From NCBI GenBank assembly GCA_965212075.1, contig OZ243043.1, positions 582,763 through 646,762 on the forward strand: a stretch of DNA of 64,000 nt. Reading direction: 5' to 3'. The notes under the pieces were generated by a model. The model made no database searches. It was not told the DNA's origin and saw nothing but the letters and a program-made list of their open reading frames with translations. The DNA comes from Alphaproteobacteria bacterium (lineage in GTDB: Bacteria > Pseudomonadota > Alphaproteobacteria > JAPOUT01 > G958296285). The translations under genes and the position numbers were made by a program. Shown piece by piece: positions 8,534-18,054 of this stretch (position 1 is the stretch's first letter; each line of letters starts with the position of its first letter).

Positions 8534-10176
8534 TTGGGGGGAATCTTCCAGATATTGGCGAATTCATCGGAGGAGAAATAGATCGCGCCGTCTTTGCCGA
8601 CGGCAAGCCCTGTCGGCAGCACAGTCGGGATGGGGCCGTCGGGCAGGCCGTTGATCGGCAGATTGTCGGCGATGACCTCGCGCTCGCCATTTTTGTCAAC
8701 GGCGATGATCCGTCTGAGTTTCGTTTCAGCGATGATGAATCGTCCATCCTTAAGCCGTGCTAGACCTTCGGCACCCTGCAGTCCCTGCGCGATAATTTTT
8801 TTGGCGCGTGTTTTAAGATTAAAGCTGATTAATCGGCCAGCGATATTTTCAATCAAAAACAAAGTTTGCTGGTCTTGGCTCAGCAGCAGAGTCGCCGGTC
8901 CGGCAAAACCGGTGGCGATTTTTTTCTTCTTTTCCCATTTTTTACCGCTCAATTTCAGCAGCGCGCCTTTGGCAAATTCGGCGATGAGCAGCTCGCCATT
9001 ATCCAAAATGACGGCATCATGCGGCGTCGTAAAACCATGGAGCAGAGCAAGTGATTTTTTTGTTTTGCGATCGAGCACTTGCACCGATCCCGCCGACCAG
9101 CCGGTCAGCGCGATATACTTGTCATTGACGGCGATATGCATCGGATAGTCAATTTCGCTGCCGAAGACGCGGCCAATATCGGTGACCTCGCCGCTCGTGG
9201 GATTCACCATGCGCGTGGCGAACACATCGGCGACATAAAGCACCTCTTTGCCGTTTTCGTGCCAGATCGCGACATCGCCTGCCGCAGCCAGCGCGCCGGA
9301 AATGATGGTAGTCGCTTTGCCGGTTTTTTTGTCAATTTCAATGATCGCATTGTCAGCCATATTGGAAATGAACAGCCGCCCGTCAGGATGAAAGGCGAGG
9401 TTGTCAATAGAGGGTTTGACTCTTGCGACGATGGTTTTCTTGCCGGACTTGCGATCAACGCGCACGACATGGCCGAGCGCGGTGTCCACCGCAAACAGAT
9501 CGCCGCTTTGCGGATCAATGTTGACCGCCGCCGGAACCTTGAATCCTCTGGCGATCGTTTTGATTTTAGCCTTTTCAAGATCCACTTGGACAATCTCGCC
9601 TTTGAACCAGAGCGGGCCGTAGAGCTTGCCGTCTTTGTCAATTTCAAAGCCATTCAAGCCGCCCATTTTTTCCATGATCTTGCGCGGTTTCTTTTTGCCG
9701 GAGACGTCAATTTCATAAAGCGCGTCACCGAGAAAGACTTGCGTGGCATAGAGCCGTCCGTCGGGGGCGAAGTCAAGCGAATTGAGGCCGGGCAGACCTT
9801 CGGCGACCGCGCGGATCGTGCCGCCCGTCTGTTCGCCATTTTTGATGCGCACGGGGTCTTTGACGTAGATTTTTCCTTCCAAGAACGCCGTCCAAGCAAT
9901 CATGCCGTCTTCGGCAAAAGCGATATCATCAGCTTGGCCGCGGGTCGGCGGAATGAAGGTTTTGCTTGTGCCGCTTCTGATGTCAATCTCGTAGGTCTGC
10001 GACCCCAAAACCGATCCGGCGAGCAAGCGGCCTTGATTATCAAAGCCCAGCCCGTGAATGCCGTGAAAGGGCGATTTCGGAGTCACTTCCTCAGGGCTGC
10101 CGCAGGCGGCTAGAGAGCCGAAAGCGGCTAAGACGCAGCAGATCATCAGCGCAAAATGTTTTCTATCTCTTTTCAT
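8530..10176 (-). CDS. Beta-propeller (NHL/SMP-30-like repeat) lipoprotein
   Basis: Lipoprotein signal with lipobox (MKRDRKHFALMICCVLAAFGSLAACGS). Repeated ~40-aa blades with DG(R/K)LY, LYVAD and DGAIYFS motifs. The start ATGA overlaps the HIT stop and the stop overlaps the downstream Tat-protein start, giving a coupled operon. Confidence 0.6.
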   Translation of the reverse strand: MKRDRKHFALMICCVLAAFGSLAACGSPEEVTPKSPFHGIHGLGFDNQGRLLAGSVLGSQTYEIDIRSGTSKTFIPPTRGQADDIAFAEDGMIAWTAFLEGKIYVKDPVRIKNGEQTGGTIRAVAEGLPGLNSLDFAPDGRLYATQVFLGDALYEIDVSGKKKPRKIMEKMGGLNGFEIDKDGKLYGPLWFKGEIVQVDLEKAKIKTIARGFKVPAAVNIDPQSGDLFAVDTALGHVVRVDRKSGKKTIVARVKPSIDNLAFHPDGRLFISNMADNAIIEIDKKTGKATTIISGALAAAGDVAIWHENGKEVLYVADVFATRMVNPTSGEVTDIGRVFGSEIDYPMHIAVNDKYIALTGWSAGSVQVLDRKTKKSLALLHGFTTPHDAVILDNGELLIAEFAKGALLKLSGKKWEKKKKIATGFAGPATLLLSQDQQTLFLIENIAGRLISFNLKTRAKKIIAQGLQGAEGLARLKDGRFIIAETKLRRIIAVDKNGEREVIADNLPINGLPDGPIPTVLPTGLAVGKDGAIYFSSDEFANIWKIPPK

Positions 10177-10616
10177 AAATCCTCCAATGCCGCCTTGATT
10201 TGCGCGGCGTGTTTTTTGAGTTCGTCCATGTCGGCTGTTTTGCGTCCGTGCAGCGGCAGATCGGATAAAGAGGCTGGCGCATTCGGGTCATGGCGCGGAA
10301 TGATATGAAAATGAATATGAAACACGGTCTGGCCGGCGGGGGCGCCATTGAGCTGGGCGACCACGATGCCTGCGCAATCAAAGGCTTTCTTGACGGCGCG
10401 CGCGACTTTTTGAGTCATGCGGATCGTCGCGGCGGCATAATCAGGATCAAGAGAGAGCAAATCTTCTGCCGGTGATTTCGGGATCACAAGCACATGGCCG
10501 GGCGCTTGCGGCATGATGTCCATAAAGACGAATGTATGCTCATCCTGCGCGACTTCAATGCAAGGCATCTCGCCGCGCAATATCTTGGCAAAAATATTAT
10601 CTTTATCGTAAGCCAT
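10173..10616 (-). CDS. HIT-family (histidine triad) nucleotide hydrolase
   Basis: A histidine triad HIHFHIIPRH and an N-terminal NIFAKILRGEMPC...FMDIMPQAPGHVLVIPK match HinT-like proteins. Confidence 0.85.
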   Translation of the reverse strand: MAYDKDNIFAKILRGEMPCIEVAQDEHTFVFMDIMPQAPGHVLVIPKSPAEDLLSLDPDYAAATIRMTQKVARAVKKAFDCAGIVVAQLNGAPAGQTVFHIHFHIIPRHDPNAPASLSDLPLHGRKTADMDELKKHAAQIKAALEDL

Positions 10617-10649
10617 CTGGCACCTCCCTGCTGATAGTCTATCAAAAAA

Positions 10650-11768
10650 TCATGCTTTATGGAAAGGGGTAGCGGTGCGCAGAGCGGCGATTTGCGCGTC
10701 AATGGCGCAGCTTTCATCGGCGAGATAATCGCTGACGGCGCGCGCCAATCCCGCATGGGCGATTTTATGCGCCGAATAAGTTTTGACCGGCTCATAGCCG
10801 CGCTCTATTTTATGCGGCCCTTGCGCGCCCGCTTCAACATAAGCGAGATCGTGGGCTAAGGCATAATCTATCGCTTGGTAGTAGCTGAGCTCAAAATGCA
10901 AGAAGGGCTTATATTCACGGCAGCCCCAATAGCGTCCGTAGAGGCGGTCGGCACCGATGAAATTCAAAGCGCCCGCGATCGGACGGCCAGCTTCCTCGGC
11001 GATGATGAGTAAAATGCGATCAGCAAGCTGCTCACCGAAGAGGCTAAAACATTCGCGCGTCAAATAAGGATGACCCCATTTTCTCATGCCGGTATCGGTA
11101 TAAAATTCAAAAAACATATCCCAGATATTTTCGGTCAGATCGGAGCCGGTCAATTGTTTGATCGTCAGGCCTTTTTGCGCCGCGGCGCGCTCTTTGCGCA
11201 GAGCTTTGCGGCGGCGCGAGGTGAGGTTGGCCAAAAACGCCTCAAAGTCGCCATAATTTTTGTTATGCCAGTGAAATTGAATGCCGGTGCGCGAGAGCAT
11301 ATTGTTTTTGCACATGGATGACCACTGGCCAGCGTCAGGAAAATTTATATGAAGCGACGAAGCTTTGAACTGATTCATCACTTCAATCGCAGCGCCGATC
11401 ATCGTCGGATAATGTTCGGGCGCAGCCAAAAGGCGCAAGCCCGTCACCGGCGTGAAGGGCACACAAGAAACAAGCTTGGGATAATAATCATGACCGGCGC
11501 GCTCAAGCGCATCAGCCCAAGCGTGGTCAAAGATATATTCACCTTGGCTGTGGCTTTTGAGGTAAAGCGGCATCGCGCCGGTAATTTTATCTTCATCTTT
11601 GAGAATGAGATGACAAGGCTGCCATCCTGTCTGCGGTGCCACCGAGCGTGAGGCCTCAAGTGCATAAAGAAACGCGTGCGAGAGAAAAGGATCGCTGCCA
11701 GCTAATTGATCCCATTGATCGGCGGCGATTTTATCAAGCCCGCTGATGACTTGGATATTTGCGGTCAT
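10650..11768 (-). CDS. GNAT/FemAB-like N-acyltransferase family protein (COG3146/DUF482 type)
   Basis: About 370 aa. The N-terminus MTANIQVISGLDKIAADQWDQLAGSDPFLSHAFLYALEAS resembles the conserved alphaproteobacterial FemAB-like family. ATG at 11768 is preferred over the TTG at 11789 used by the ORF track. Confidence 0.6.
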   Translation of the reverse strand: MTANIQVISGLDKIAADQWDQLAGSDPFLSHAFLYALEASRSVAPQTGWQPCHLILKDEDKITGAMPLYLKSHSQGEYIFDHAWADALERAGHDYYPKLVSCVPFTPVTGLRLLAAPEHYPTMIGAAIEVMNQFKASSLHINFPDAGQWSSMCKNNMLSRTGIQFHWHNKNYGDFEAFLANLTSRRRKALRKERAAAQKGLTIKQLTGSDLTENIWDMFFEFYTDTGMRKWGHPYLTRECFSLFGEQLADRILLIIAEEAGRPIAGALNFIGADRLYGRYWGCREYKPFLHFELSYYQAIDYALAHDLAYVEAGAQGPHKIERGYEPVKTYSAHKIAHAGLARAVSDYLADESCAIDAQIAALRTATPFHKA

Positions 11769-11785
11769 GATTTTTTCACTAGATT

Positions 11786-12265
11786 TCAAAACTTAATTTC
11801 AAATAGGGCCTCAATTTCCACAGCGGCGCGGCGCGGCAAAGATGAGACGCCGACCGCAAAGCGCGTATGGCGTCCGCGCGCTCCCATCACCGCGATCAGC
11901 AAATCCGACGCGCCATTGATCACTTCAGGATGATTGCCAAAATCAGACGCCGCATTGACGAAGCCGCCAAGGCGCAGACAGCTCTTCACGCGATCAAGGT
12001 CGCCTGCGCAGGCTTGCTTCAATTGCGCGAGCACATGCAGCGCGCATATCTTTGCCGCATGCGCGCCTTCTTTTTCGGTCAGCGTGTTGCCAATCACACC
12101 TTGAATGATCCGGCCATTTTCAACGGGAACTTGTCCGGAAATGAATACGCAATGTTCGCTAATTGTCCTTTCACTGGCAATCCAAGGCCGATAAGAACCA
12201 GCACTGGGCAGCGGCTCTGGCAGAGCCAATCCCATTTCTTTGAGTTTTGTTTCTATTTGATTCAT
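11786..12265 (-). CDS. ridA: RidA/YjgF family reactive-intermediate deaminase
   Basis: 159 aa with an endoribonuclease L-PSP-like fold signature (...RFAVGVSSLPRRAAVEIEALFEI) and typical length and composition. Confidence 0.8.
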   Translation of the reverse strand: MNQIETKLKEMGLALPEPLPSAGSYRPWIASERTISEHCVFISGQVPVENGRIIQGVIGNTLTEKEGAHAAKICALHVLAQLKQACAGDLDRVKSCLRLGGFVNAASDFGNHPEVINGASDLLIAVMGARGRHTRFAVGVSSLPRRAAVEIEALFEIKF

Positions 12266-12395
12266 CTTTTTATGCTCCTGTTGGTTTATTATACGCCTGT
12301 TGACTCGGGGCAGATTCTACGAAAATATAGAGGCTGCGTATAGATCGGCAGGAGGCGCGGTCATAAAGACCATTAGGCATTTGGAGACCATCAGG

Positions 12396-12932
12396 ATGGC
12401 CAAAAAGAAAAAGACAGTTAGGAAAAAGGCGGCTAAAAAAAAGGCGGTTAAGAGAAAAACAATAAAGAAAAAGACGATAAAGAGAAAGACAGTAAAGAGA
12501 AAAGCTGCAAAAAAGAAAACTGTAAAAAAGACCGCAAAACGTCAAAAATCGGCGAAGACACAAGACGCCCAATCTTCCGATGACGCAGCATCTTTGGCGG
12601 GTCGCCGCCGTGCCTTAAGAAGAAGACGGCGGACTTTGCGCATGAAAAAAGCCGGCACGTCAATCACTGATGTGGGCATGGTTGCAGGCACGGCGAGCCG
12701 TTCAACATTGTTGACGCGCACGCGGATCATTCGCAAGCGCGAGGATATCGGCATTTTGCCGATTGACAAAAATGTGATGATTAAGGAGCTGATTCAAGCT
12801 GGTAGCATTACTAAGCTAGCGACGCGTTTTGGCGTCACAAAGCAGGCGATTGGCTCATGGTTTGGGCGGCGTGGATTGCAGGCAGTTGATGTCGCTGGTG
12901 AACATGCGACGCATAAAAAAGAAATAATGTAG
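12396..12932 (+). CDS. Lysine-rich histone H1-like DNA-binding protein with C-terminal HTH-like region
   Basis: ATG at 12396 is preceded by AGGA. The N-terminus MAKKKKTVRKKAAKKKAVKRKTIKKKTIKRKTVKRKAAKKKTVKKTAKRQ has degenerate (K)KKT[VI]KRK repeats, and the C-terminus has an HTH-like segment ITKLATRFGVTKQAIGSWF. The long ORF-track start at 12300 has no SD. Confidence 0.6.
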   Translation: MAKKKKTVRKKAAKKKAVKRKTIKKKTIKRKTVKRKAAKKKTVKKTAKRQKSAKTQDAQSSDDAASLAGRRRALRRRRRTLRMKKAGTSITDVGMVAGTASRSTLLTRTRIIRKREDIGILPIDKNVMIKELIQAGSITKLATRFGVTKQAIGSWFGRRGLQAVDVAGEHATHKKEIM

Positions 12933-14173
12933 TGAGCGCGCGCGTTTTTCTGACAGATTCATTTCGTGATAGCCCTTTTGTTGATTCTCTATGCGAGTTT
13001 TTAGGCGAGTCTTTGGATGCAGCGTTGTTTGATCTATGGCTGGGCGGCGACGCCAAAGAGGCGCAGCCCGACATTATCGTGACGACTCCGCGCGAAGAAT
13101 CTGAAAGCTTGTCTCGCTTGGGCGCACCGATCATTTGCTTGTCTGACCAGCCGACCGGCCAATGGGCGGACGGCGTGGAGGATGTCATTCATCCGCATGA
13201 TTTTGGCCTGTTGATTGCCTCACTGCGCGTGCTGCACCAGCAGCGACAGATTGCGCGTCTGCTGGATTCTTATGCCGATATGGCGCATAAGAATTTGCTG
13301 CAAAAGGCTGCGCTCATGCCGGAATTTTCTTCTGCTTCTGGCAAGGTGCTGGTCTATGCGGATCAAGAAGATGTTGATGCGCTTTCGGCGGCTCTTGACG
13401 GCCAGCATGACATCTACCAAAACGAGCTGGACAGGCCTGACTCTATCCCCGATCTGATCATCGTCAAAGATGACATGAATGTTTTTGTGCAGCTATCCGC
13501 ACAGCCTGACCGAGAAATTCCGGTGATGTTTTGGTCTGCGGATCGGATAAAAATTATCCGCGCGCTCAACGCCGATGCTTCCGGCTATATGATGGCTCTC
13601 TCTTCTTGTGTGCCGCGCATTGAGCGGCAAATTCAAAATAGCCGCCGCCGCGCGCGCTTGAAGCAGGATTTGGGCTTGACGTTTGATCTGGCAGTCAGAG
13701 ATGAGCTGACCGGTCTTTATAATCGCCGTTTTATGATCGCGCATTTGCCGGAAGTGATCAAAAATGTGATGAAGCAGGAAAAAAAGCGCCTTGCGGTGCT
13801 TCTGCTTGATATTGATCGCTTCAAGAATATCAATGATTATTGGGGGCATGATACAGGCGATGCGATTTTGCGGCGTGCTGCGGCTTTGTTTGCTGAAGTC
13901 TTGCGCAAGGATGATGAAATCTATCGGATTGGCGGCGAGGAATTTCTTGCGGTTCTGCCGAATGTCGGCATGAAGGAGGCCTATGCGATCGCGCAGCGTC
14001 TATGCGCGCTGATTGACGATACGCACTTTGTTGTCGGCGAGGCGGTCGTGCCGGTCACGATCTCAGCGGGCGTTGGCCTATTCCAGCCCGGAGAGCGCGT
14101 GCAAAATCTTCTCAAGCGCGCCGATGAGGCTTTATATCGGGCCAAGAATCTCGGTCGCAATCAAGCGGCTTAG
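12932..14173 (+). CDS. GGDEF diguanylate cyclase with N-terminal degenerate receiver-like domains (PleD-like architecture)
   Basis: C-terminal GGDEF domain: GLYNRRF...[21 protein letters not shown]...RIGGEEF. The active site is GGEEF and an RxxD I-site (RKDD) lies 5 aa upstream. A GTG start overlaps the upstream stop as TAGTG. Confidence 0.85.
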   Translation: MSARVFLTDSFRDSPFVDSLCEFLGESLDAALFDLWLGGDAKEAQPDIIVTTPREESESLSRLGAPIICLSDQPTGQWADGVEDVIHPHDFGLLIASLRVLHQQRQIARLLDSYADMAHKNLLQKAALMPEFSSASGKVLVYADQEDVDALSAALDGQHDIYQNELDRPDSIPDLIIVKDDMNVFVQLSAQPDREIPVMFWSADRIKIIRALNADASGYMMALSSCVPRIERQIQNSRRRARLKQDLGLTFDLAVRDELTGLYNRRFMIAHLPEVIKNVMKQEKKRLAVLLLDIDRFKNINDYWGHDTGDAILRRAAALFAEVLRKDDEIYRIGGEEFLAVLPNVGMKEAYAIAQRLCALIDDTHFVVGEAVVPVTISAGVGLFQPGERVQNLLKRADEALYRAKNLGRNQAA

Positions 14174-14180
14174 GCGCGCG

Positions 14181-15512
14181 ATGAGACTCACGCGATATTT
14201 TTTGCCAATTTTGCGCGAAGAGCCATCAGAAGCGCATATTGCTTCCCATCGTCTTTTGCTGCGCGCGGGTCTGGCGCGTCAGACGAGTGCCGGGATTTAT
14301 GCGTGGCTGCCTTTGGGCTTTCGTGTGTTGCGCAAGATTATCGAAATTGTCCGCGCCGAGCAGGATCGTGCGGGAGCGATTGAGCTTTTGATGCCGACCT
14401 TGCAGCCTGCGCAGATGTGGCAAAAGTCTGGTCGCTACGATGATTATGGCGATGAGATGCTGCGGATCAAAGATCGCGCTGGCCGCGAGATGCTCTATGG
14501 CCCGACCAATGAGGAGATGATCACCGAAATTTTCAGCCATGAAAGCAAATCTTGGCGGGATGCCGGACGGATTCTCTACCATATCCAGTGGAAGTTCAGA
14601 GATGAAATTCGCCCGCGTTTTGGCGTTTTGCGCGCGCGCGAATTTTTGATGAAAGACGGCTATTCCTTTGACCTTGACCGCCAGAGTGCTGAGCGGAGCT
14701 ACCAGAAAATGTTTATTTCTTATTTGAGGATTTTTGCGCGTTTGGGCGTTCCGGCGATACCGGTTGCGGCGGACACGGGGCCTATTGGCGGCGATTTGAG
14801 TCATGAATTTGTTGTTTTGGCGGAGACGGGGGAGTCAGAGATTTACTGCCATCGCGCTTTGAAGGATCTGCCGCCGCCCGATGATGGCGTGGATTATGAT
14901 CAGGATTTGACCCCTTTGATCAAAACTTGGACGCAGCTTTATGCCGCTGAGAGCGAAAAGCATGATCCGCAGCGTTTTGAAAAAGAAATCGCGCCGCCCG
15001 ATCGCCTGATGACGCGCGGCATTGAAGTCGGGCATATTTTTTATTTTGGCGAAAAATATACCAAGCCGTTTGATGCGTCTTTGGTTGATGCTGAAGGCGT
15101 GTCGCGGCTGATGCATTGCGGCTCTTATGGCATTGGCATTTCGCGCCTTGTGGGTGCGATCATTGAGGCAAGCCATGATGATAAAGGGATTATCTGGCCG
15201 GAAGCGGTAGCGCCGTTTGCGGTGGGGCTTGTCAATCTAGCACCCAATGATGAAGCTTGCGTCCAGCAAAGCGAGCAATTATATCAAACATTAACCCAGC
15301 AGCAGGTGGATGTGCTTTATGATGATCGCGATGAGCGCGCCGGAGCGAAATTAGCGACGATGGATTTGATCGGGCTGCCGCGGCAGATCGTGATTGGACC
15401 GCGCAATCTCAAAAAGAATGTCGTAGAGTTGAAATCACGCCGCAGTGGCGAAAGCACACAGATGGCACCCGCTGCTGTAATTGCGCGGCTAACAAAAAAT
15501 AAAGGAAAATAG
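14181..15512 (+). CDS. proS: Proline--tRNA ligase (alphaproteobacterial/eukaryote-like type)
   Basis: Translation from ATG 14181 begins [34 protein letters not shown], a textbook ProS N-terminus. Class II motifs are present, giving 443 aa. Confidence 0.93.
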   Translation: MRLTRYFLPILREEPSEAHIASHRLLLRAGLARQTSAGIYAWLPLGFRVLRKIIEIVRAEQDRAGAIELLMPTLQPAQMWQKSGRYDDYGDEMLRIKDRAGREMLYGPTNEEMITEIFSHESKSWRDAGRILYHIQWKFRDEIRPRFGVLRAREFLMKDGYSFDLDRQSAERSYQKMFISYLRIFARLGVPAIPVAADTGPIGGDLSHEFVVLAETGESEIYCHRALKDLPPPDDGVDYDQDLTPLIKTWTQLYAAESEKHDPQRFEKEIAPPDRLMTRGIEVGHIFYFGEKYTKPFDASLVDAEGVSRLMHCGSYGIGISRLVGAIIEASHDDKGIIWPEAVAPFAVGLVNLAPNDEACVQQSEQLYQTLTQQQVDVLYDDRDERAGAKLATMDLIGLPRQIVIGPRNLKKNVVELKSRRSGESTQMAPAAVIARLTKNKGK

Positions 15513-15522
15513 AGGAAATAAT

Positions 15523-16773
15523 ATGACGCGCCCATTTGCGCCCTTTGAATGGATGATCGCAATTGCTTATTTGCGCGCGCGGCGTCAAGAGAGCATGATT
15601 TCTCTGATCGCTGTGCTGTCTTTTTTGGGCATTATGCTCGGCGTTGCGGCTTTGATCATCGTGATGGCGGTGATGAATGGATTCCGCACCGAATTGCTCT
15701 CCCGCATTTTGGGCGTGAACGGGCATATTATTGTGACTCAGCCGGTCGGCGGGTTGTTGGATGATACGGCCAAGCTGGCGACGAAAATTTTGAAGCTGCC
15801 GGACGTTATTCAAGCTAGTCCGGTCATTCGCCGCCAAGCGCTGATTATGGGGCCAGCACAGGCTTCAGGAATTTATATTCGCGGCATTCCGTTGAAAAAT
15901 TTAAAGAATCTGCCGCAAATCAGCGAACATATCGTTGAAGGGAAGCTTGAAGATTTTCCGCAAGGTCTGATTATCGGCAAGAGGCTGGCGCAGCGTGTTG
16001 GTGTGCGCGCCGGAGACGAGGTGACGATTTTATCGCCGCGCGGCGTCGCGACGCCATTTGGCATGGTGCCGCGCTCGCGCCGCATGAAAGTGGTGGCTTT
16101 ATTTGAAGTGGGCATGTCAGAGCTTGACGGCGGTCTTGTGTTTATGCCTCTGCGGCAGGCGCAGGCTTTTTTAAATGCGCCCGGTGAAATCAGCAGCATT
16201 GAGGTTTTGATTAAAAACCCTGACAACACGCAAAATATCGTCAACCAGATTGACGAACTTGCGCACGAGCGCGCTAGAATCCAAGATTGGCGGCAGACCA
16301 ATGCGACTTTGGCGAGCGCGCTCAAAGTTGAGCGCAACGTCATGTTTGTCATTTTGACGATGATTATTATGATTGCAGCGCTCAATATCATTTCGGGCTT
16401 GGTGTTTTTGGTCAAGGATAAAGCCAGCGAGATTGCGATGCTGCGCGCGATGGGGGTCACACGCGGCGTGGTGATGCGGATTTTTTTCATTGCGGGCTCC
16501 AGCATTGGTCTTTTTGGCACGATCGCCGGATTTTTTCTCGGCTGGGTTATTTGTGAAAACATTGAAGCCATTCGTCAGTTTGTGTCTTTGCTGGCGGGCA
16601 CGGAGATATTTTCGCCGGACATTTATTTTTTATCGCAGCTTCCGGCTGACATGGATGTTTGGGAGACGGTCAGCGCTGTGATGATGGCGCTTGCTTTGTC
16701 TTTTGGCGCGACGATTTATCCCGCATGGCGTGCGGCGTCAATTTACCCTGCGGAGGCTTTAAGGTACGAGTGA
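15523..16773 (+). CDS. lolC: Lipoprotein-releasing system permease LolC/LolE (FtsX family)
   Basis: N-terminus FEWMIAIAYLRARRQESMISLIAVLSFLGIMLGVAALIIVMAVMNGF has FtsX/MacB-type topology. lolD follows directly. Confidence 0.9.
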   Translation: MTRPFAPFEWMIAIAYLRARRQESMISLIAVLSFLGIMLGVAALIIVMAVMNGFRTELLSRILGVNGHIIVTQPVGGLLDDTAKLATKILKLPDVIQASPVIRRQALIMGPAQASGIYIRGIPLKNLKNLPQISEHIVEGKLEDFPQGLIIGKRLAQRVGVRAGDEVTILSPRGVATPFGMVPRSRRMKVVALFEVGMSELDGGLVFMPLRQAQAFLNAPGEISSIEVLIKNPDNTQNIVNQIDELAHERARIQDWRQTNATLASALKVERNVMFVILTMIIMIAALNIISGLVFLVKDKASEIAMLRAMGVTRGVVMRIFFIAGSSIGLFGTIAGFFLGWVICENIEAIRQFVSLLAGTEIFSPDIYFLSQLPADMDVWETVSAVMMALALSFGATIYPAWRAASIYPAEALRYE

Positions 16774-16794
16774 TAAAAATATGAGTGCTAAAAT

Positions 16795-17523
16795 ATGAGC
16801 GAGCGAATTTTGGATCTTGTGGATTTGTCCTGTCATTATGGACAAGGCGCAGGGCGGCTGACGGTTTTTGAGCATCTCAATTTGAGTCTGAATACCGGCG
16901 AGGCGGTGGCTTTGGTGGGGCCTTCCGGTTGCGGAAAATCATCTTTGCTGCATATTGCCGGCCTGCTGGATATGCCGAGCGGCGGGCAGGTTGCCATTGA
17001 CGGGCGCCCTTGTGCGGGTCTTGCCGATCAAGAAATCAGCGCGATCAGGGTAAGAGAGATCGGCTTTGTGTTTCAATTTCATCATTTGCTGCTGGAGTTC
17101 AGCGCGCTGGATAATGTGGCGCTTGCGGGGTTGATTGCGGGGCAGTCTTTTGCTGCGGCGCGGGCGCGGGCGACGGAGCTGCTTGAGGAGATGGGGCTTG
17201 GGCACCGGCTGTCTCACCGGCCGGGCGAGATGTCAGGCGGTGAGCGCCAGCGTGTGGCGATTGCGCGCGCTTTGGTCAATCGGCCACGCCTTTTGCTCGC
17301 CGATGAACCGACCGGCAATCTTGATTCGGCGACGGCAAAGCGTGTTTTTTCATCTTTTCTTGGTCTGGTAGACTCAACGGGGTCTGATTCTAGCCCTTGT
17401 GCGGTTTTGGTCGCGACCCATAATATGGACTTGGCCAGCATGATGGGGTCTGTGCTTGATCTGACGCAGGGTGTTTTGCGTCAGAGGACAAAGCAGGGTA
17501 AATTAAAGCAAATCAAATGCTGA
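16795..17523 (+). CDS. lolD: Lipoprotein-releasing system ATP-binding protein LolD
   Basis: ABC ATPase motifs are present: Walker A GPSGCGKSS, signature LSGGERQRVAIARAL and Walker B LLLADEPTGNLD. Confidence 0.92.
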   Translation: MSERILDLVDLSCHYGQGAGRLTVFEHLNLSLNTGEAVALVGPSGCGKSSLLHIAGLLDMPSGGQVAIDGRPCAGLADQEISAIRVREIGFVFQFHHLLLEFSALDNVALAGLIAGQSFAAARARATELLEEMGLGHRLSHRPGEMSGGERQRVAIARALVNRPRLLLADEPTGNLDSATAKRVFSSFLGLVDSTGSDSSPCAVLVATHNMDLASMMGSVLDLTQGVLRQRTKQGKLKQIKC

Positions 17524-17559
17524 GAGGCAAAAAGGCAAAAAGGAAATGAGGAGGTAAAT

Positions 17560-18045
17560 GTGGCTGGAAGTTTAAATAAAGTGGCGCTGTTAGGAAATTT
17601 GGGCGCTGATCCTGAAGTGCGCACGATGCAGAATGGGCGTCAGATGTGCACGATGAGGCTGGCGACATCGGATCGCTGGCGTGATAAATCGAGCGGTGAA
17701 CAGCGTGAGCGCACTGAATGGCATCGTATTGTCATCTTTAGTGAAGGCTTGACGCGGATTGCCGAGCAATATCTTCGCAAAGGGTCAAAGGTTTATATTG
17801 AAGGGCAGTTGCAGACGCGTAAGTGGCAGGATCAAGCATCGGGTCAGGATCGCTGGACGACGGAAATTGTGCTGCAGGGATTTAACAGCTCTTTGATCAT
17901 GCTTGATGGCCGCGGCGGCAGCGGTGGTGGCGGCGGCAGCGGCGGCGACGGCAGCGGACGCAGTGATGATGCGGGCGGCGGACGCGGCGCTGATATGGCC
18001 AACAATGCGCCATCCAACGATCTTGATGACGATATTCCTTTTTAA
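17560..18045 (+). CDS. ssb: Single-stranded DNA-binding protein
   Basis: An OB-fold core ([16 protein letters not shown]...TEWHRIVIF) is followed by a Gly-rich linker and the acidic C-terminal tail DDDIPF. Confidence 0.95.
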   Translation: MAGSLNKVALLGNLGADPEVRTMQNGRQMCTMRLATSDRWRDKSSGEQRERTEWHRIVIFSEGLTRIAEQYLRKGSKVYIEGQLQTRKWQDQASGQDRWTTEIVLQGFNSSLIMLDGRGGSGGGGGSGGDGSGRSDDAGGGRGADMANNAPSNDLDDDIPF

Positions 18046-18054
18046 GGAGTCTGT

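Noticed and set aside
9079-10113. 344-aa ORF on the plus strand
   Set aside because: It lies entirely antisense to the beta-propeller lipoprotein gene, which has a lipobox signal and periodic blade motifs. Its translation is Arg/Gly-rich with no recognisable domain, the pattern of a shadow ORF in GC-rich DNA.
12270-12572. 100-aa and 71-aa minus-strand ORFs with repetitive FSL/FLYC sequence
   Set aside because: They are mirror images of the Lys-rich repeat gene on the plus strand (AAG/AAA repeats read as CTT/TTT on the other strand). They have no SD or start context, and the plus-strand gene has a good SD and a coupled downstream gene.
14013-14180. Long ORF-track start for proS at 14013
   Set aside because: It would overlap the GGDEF gene by 160 bp in another frame. 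The conserved ProS N-terminus ([13 protein letters not shown]) starts at ATG 14181, right after the GGDEF stop.
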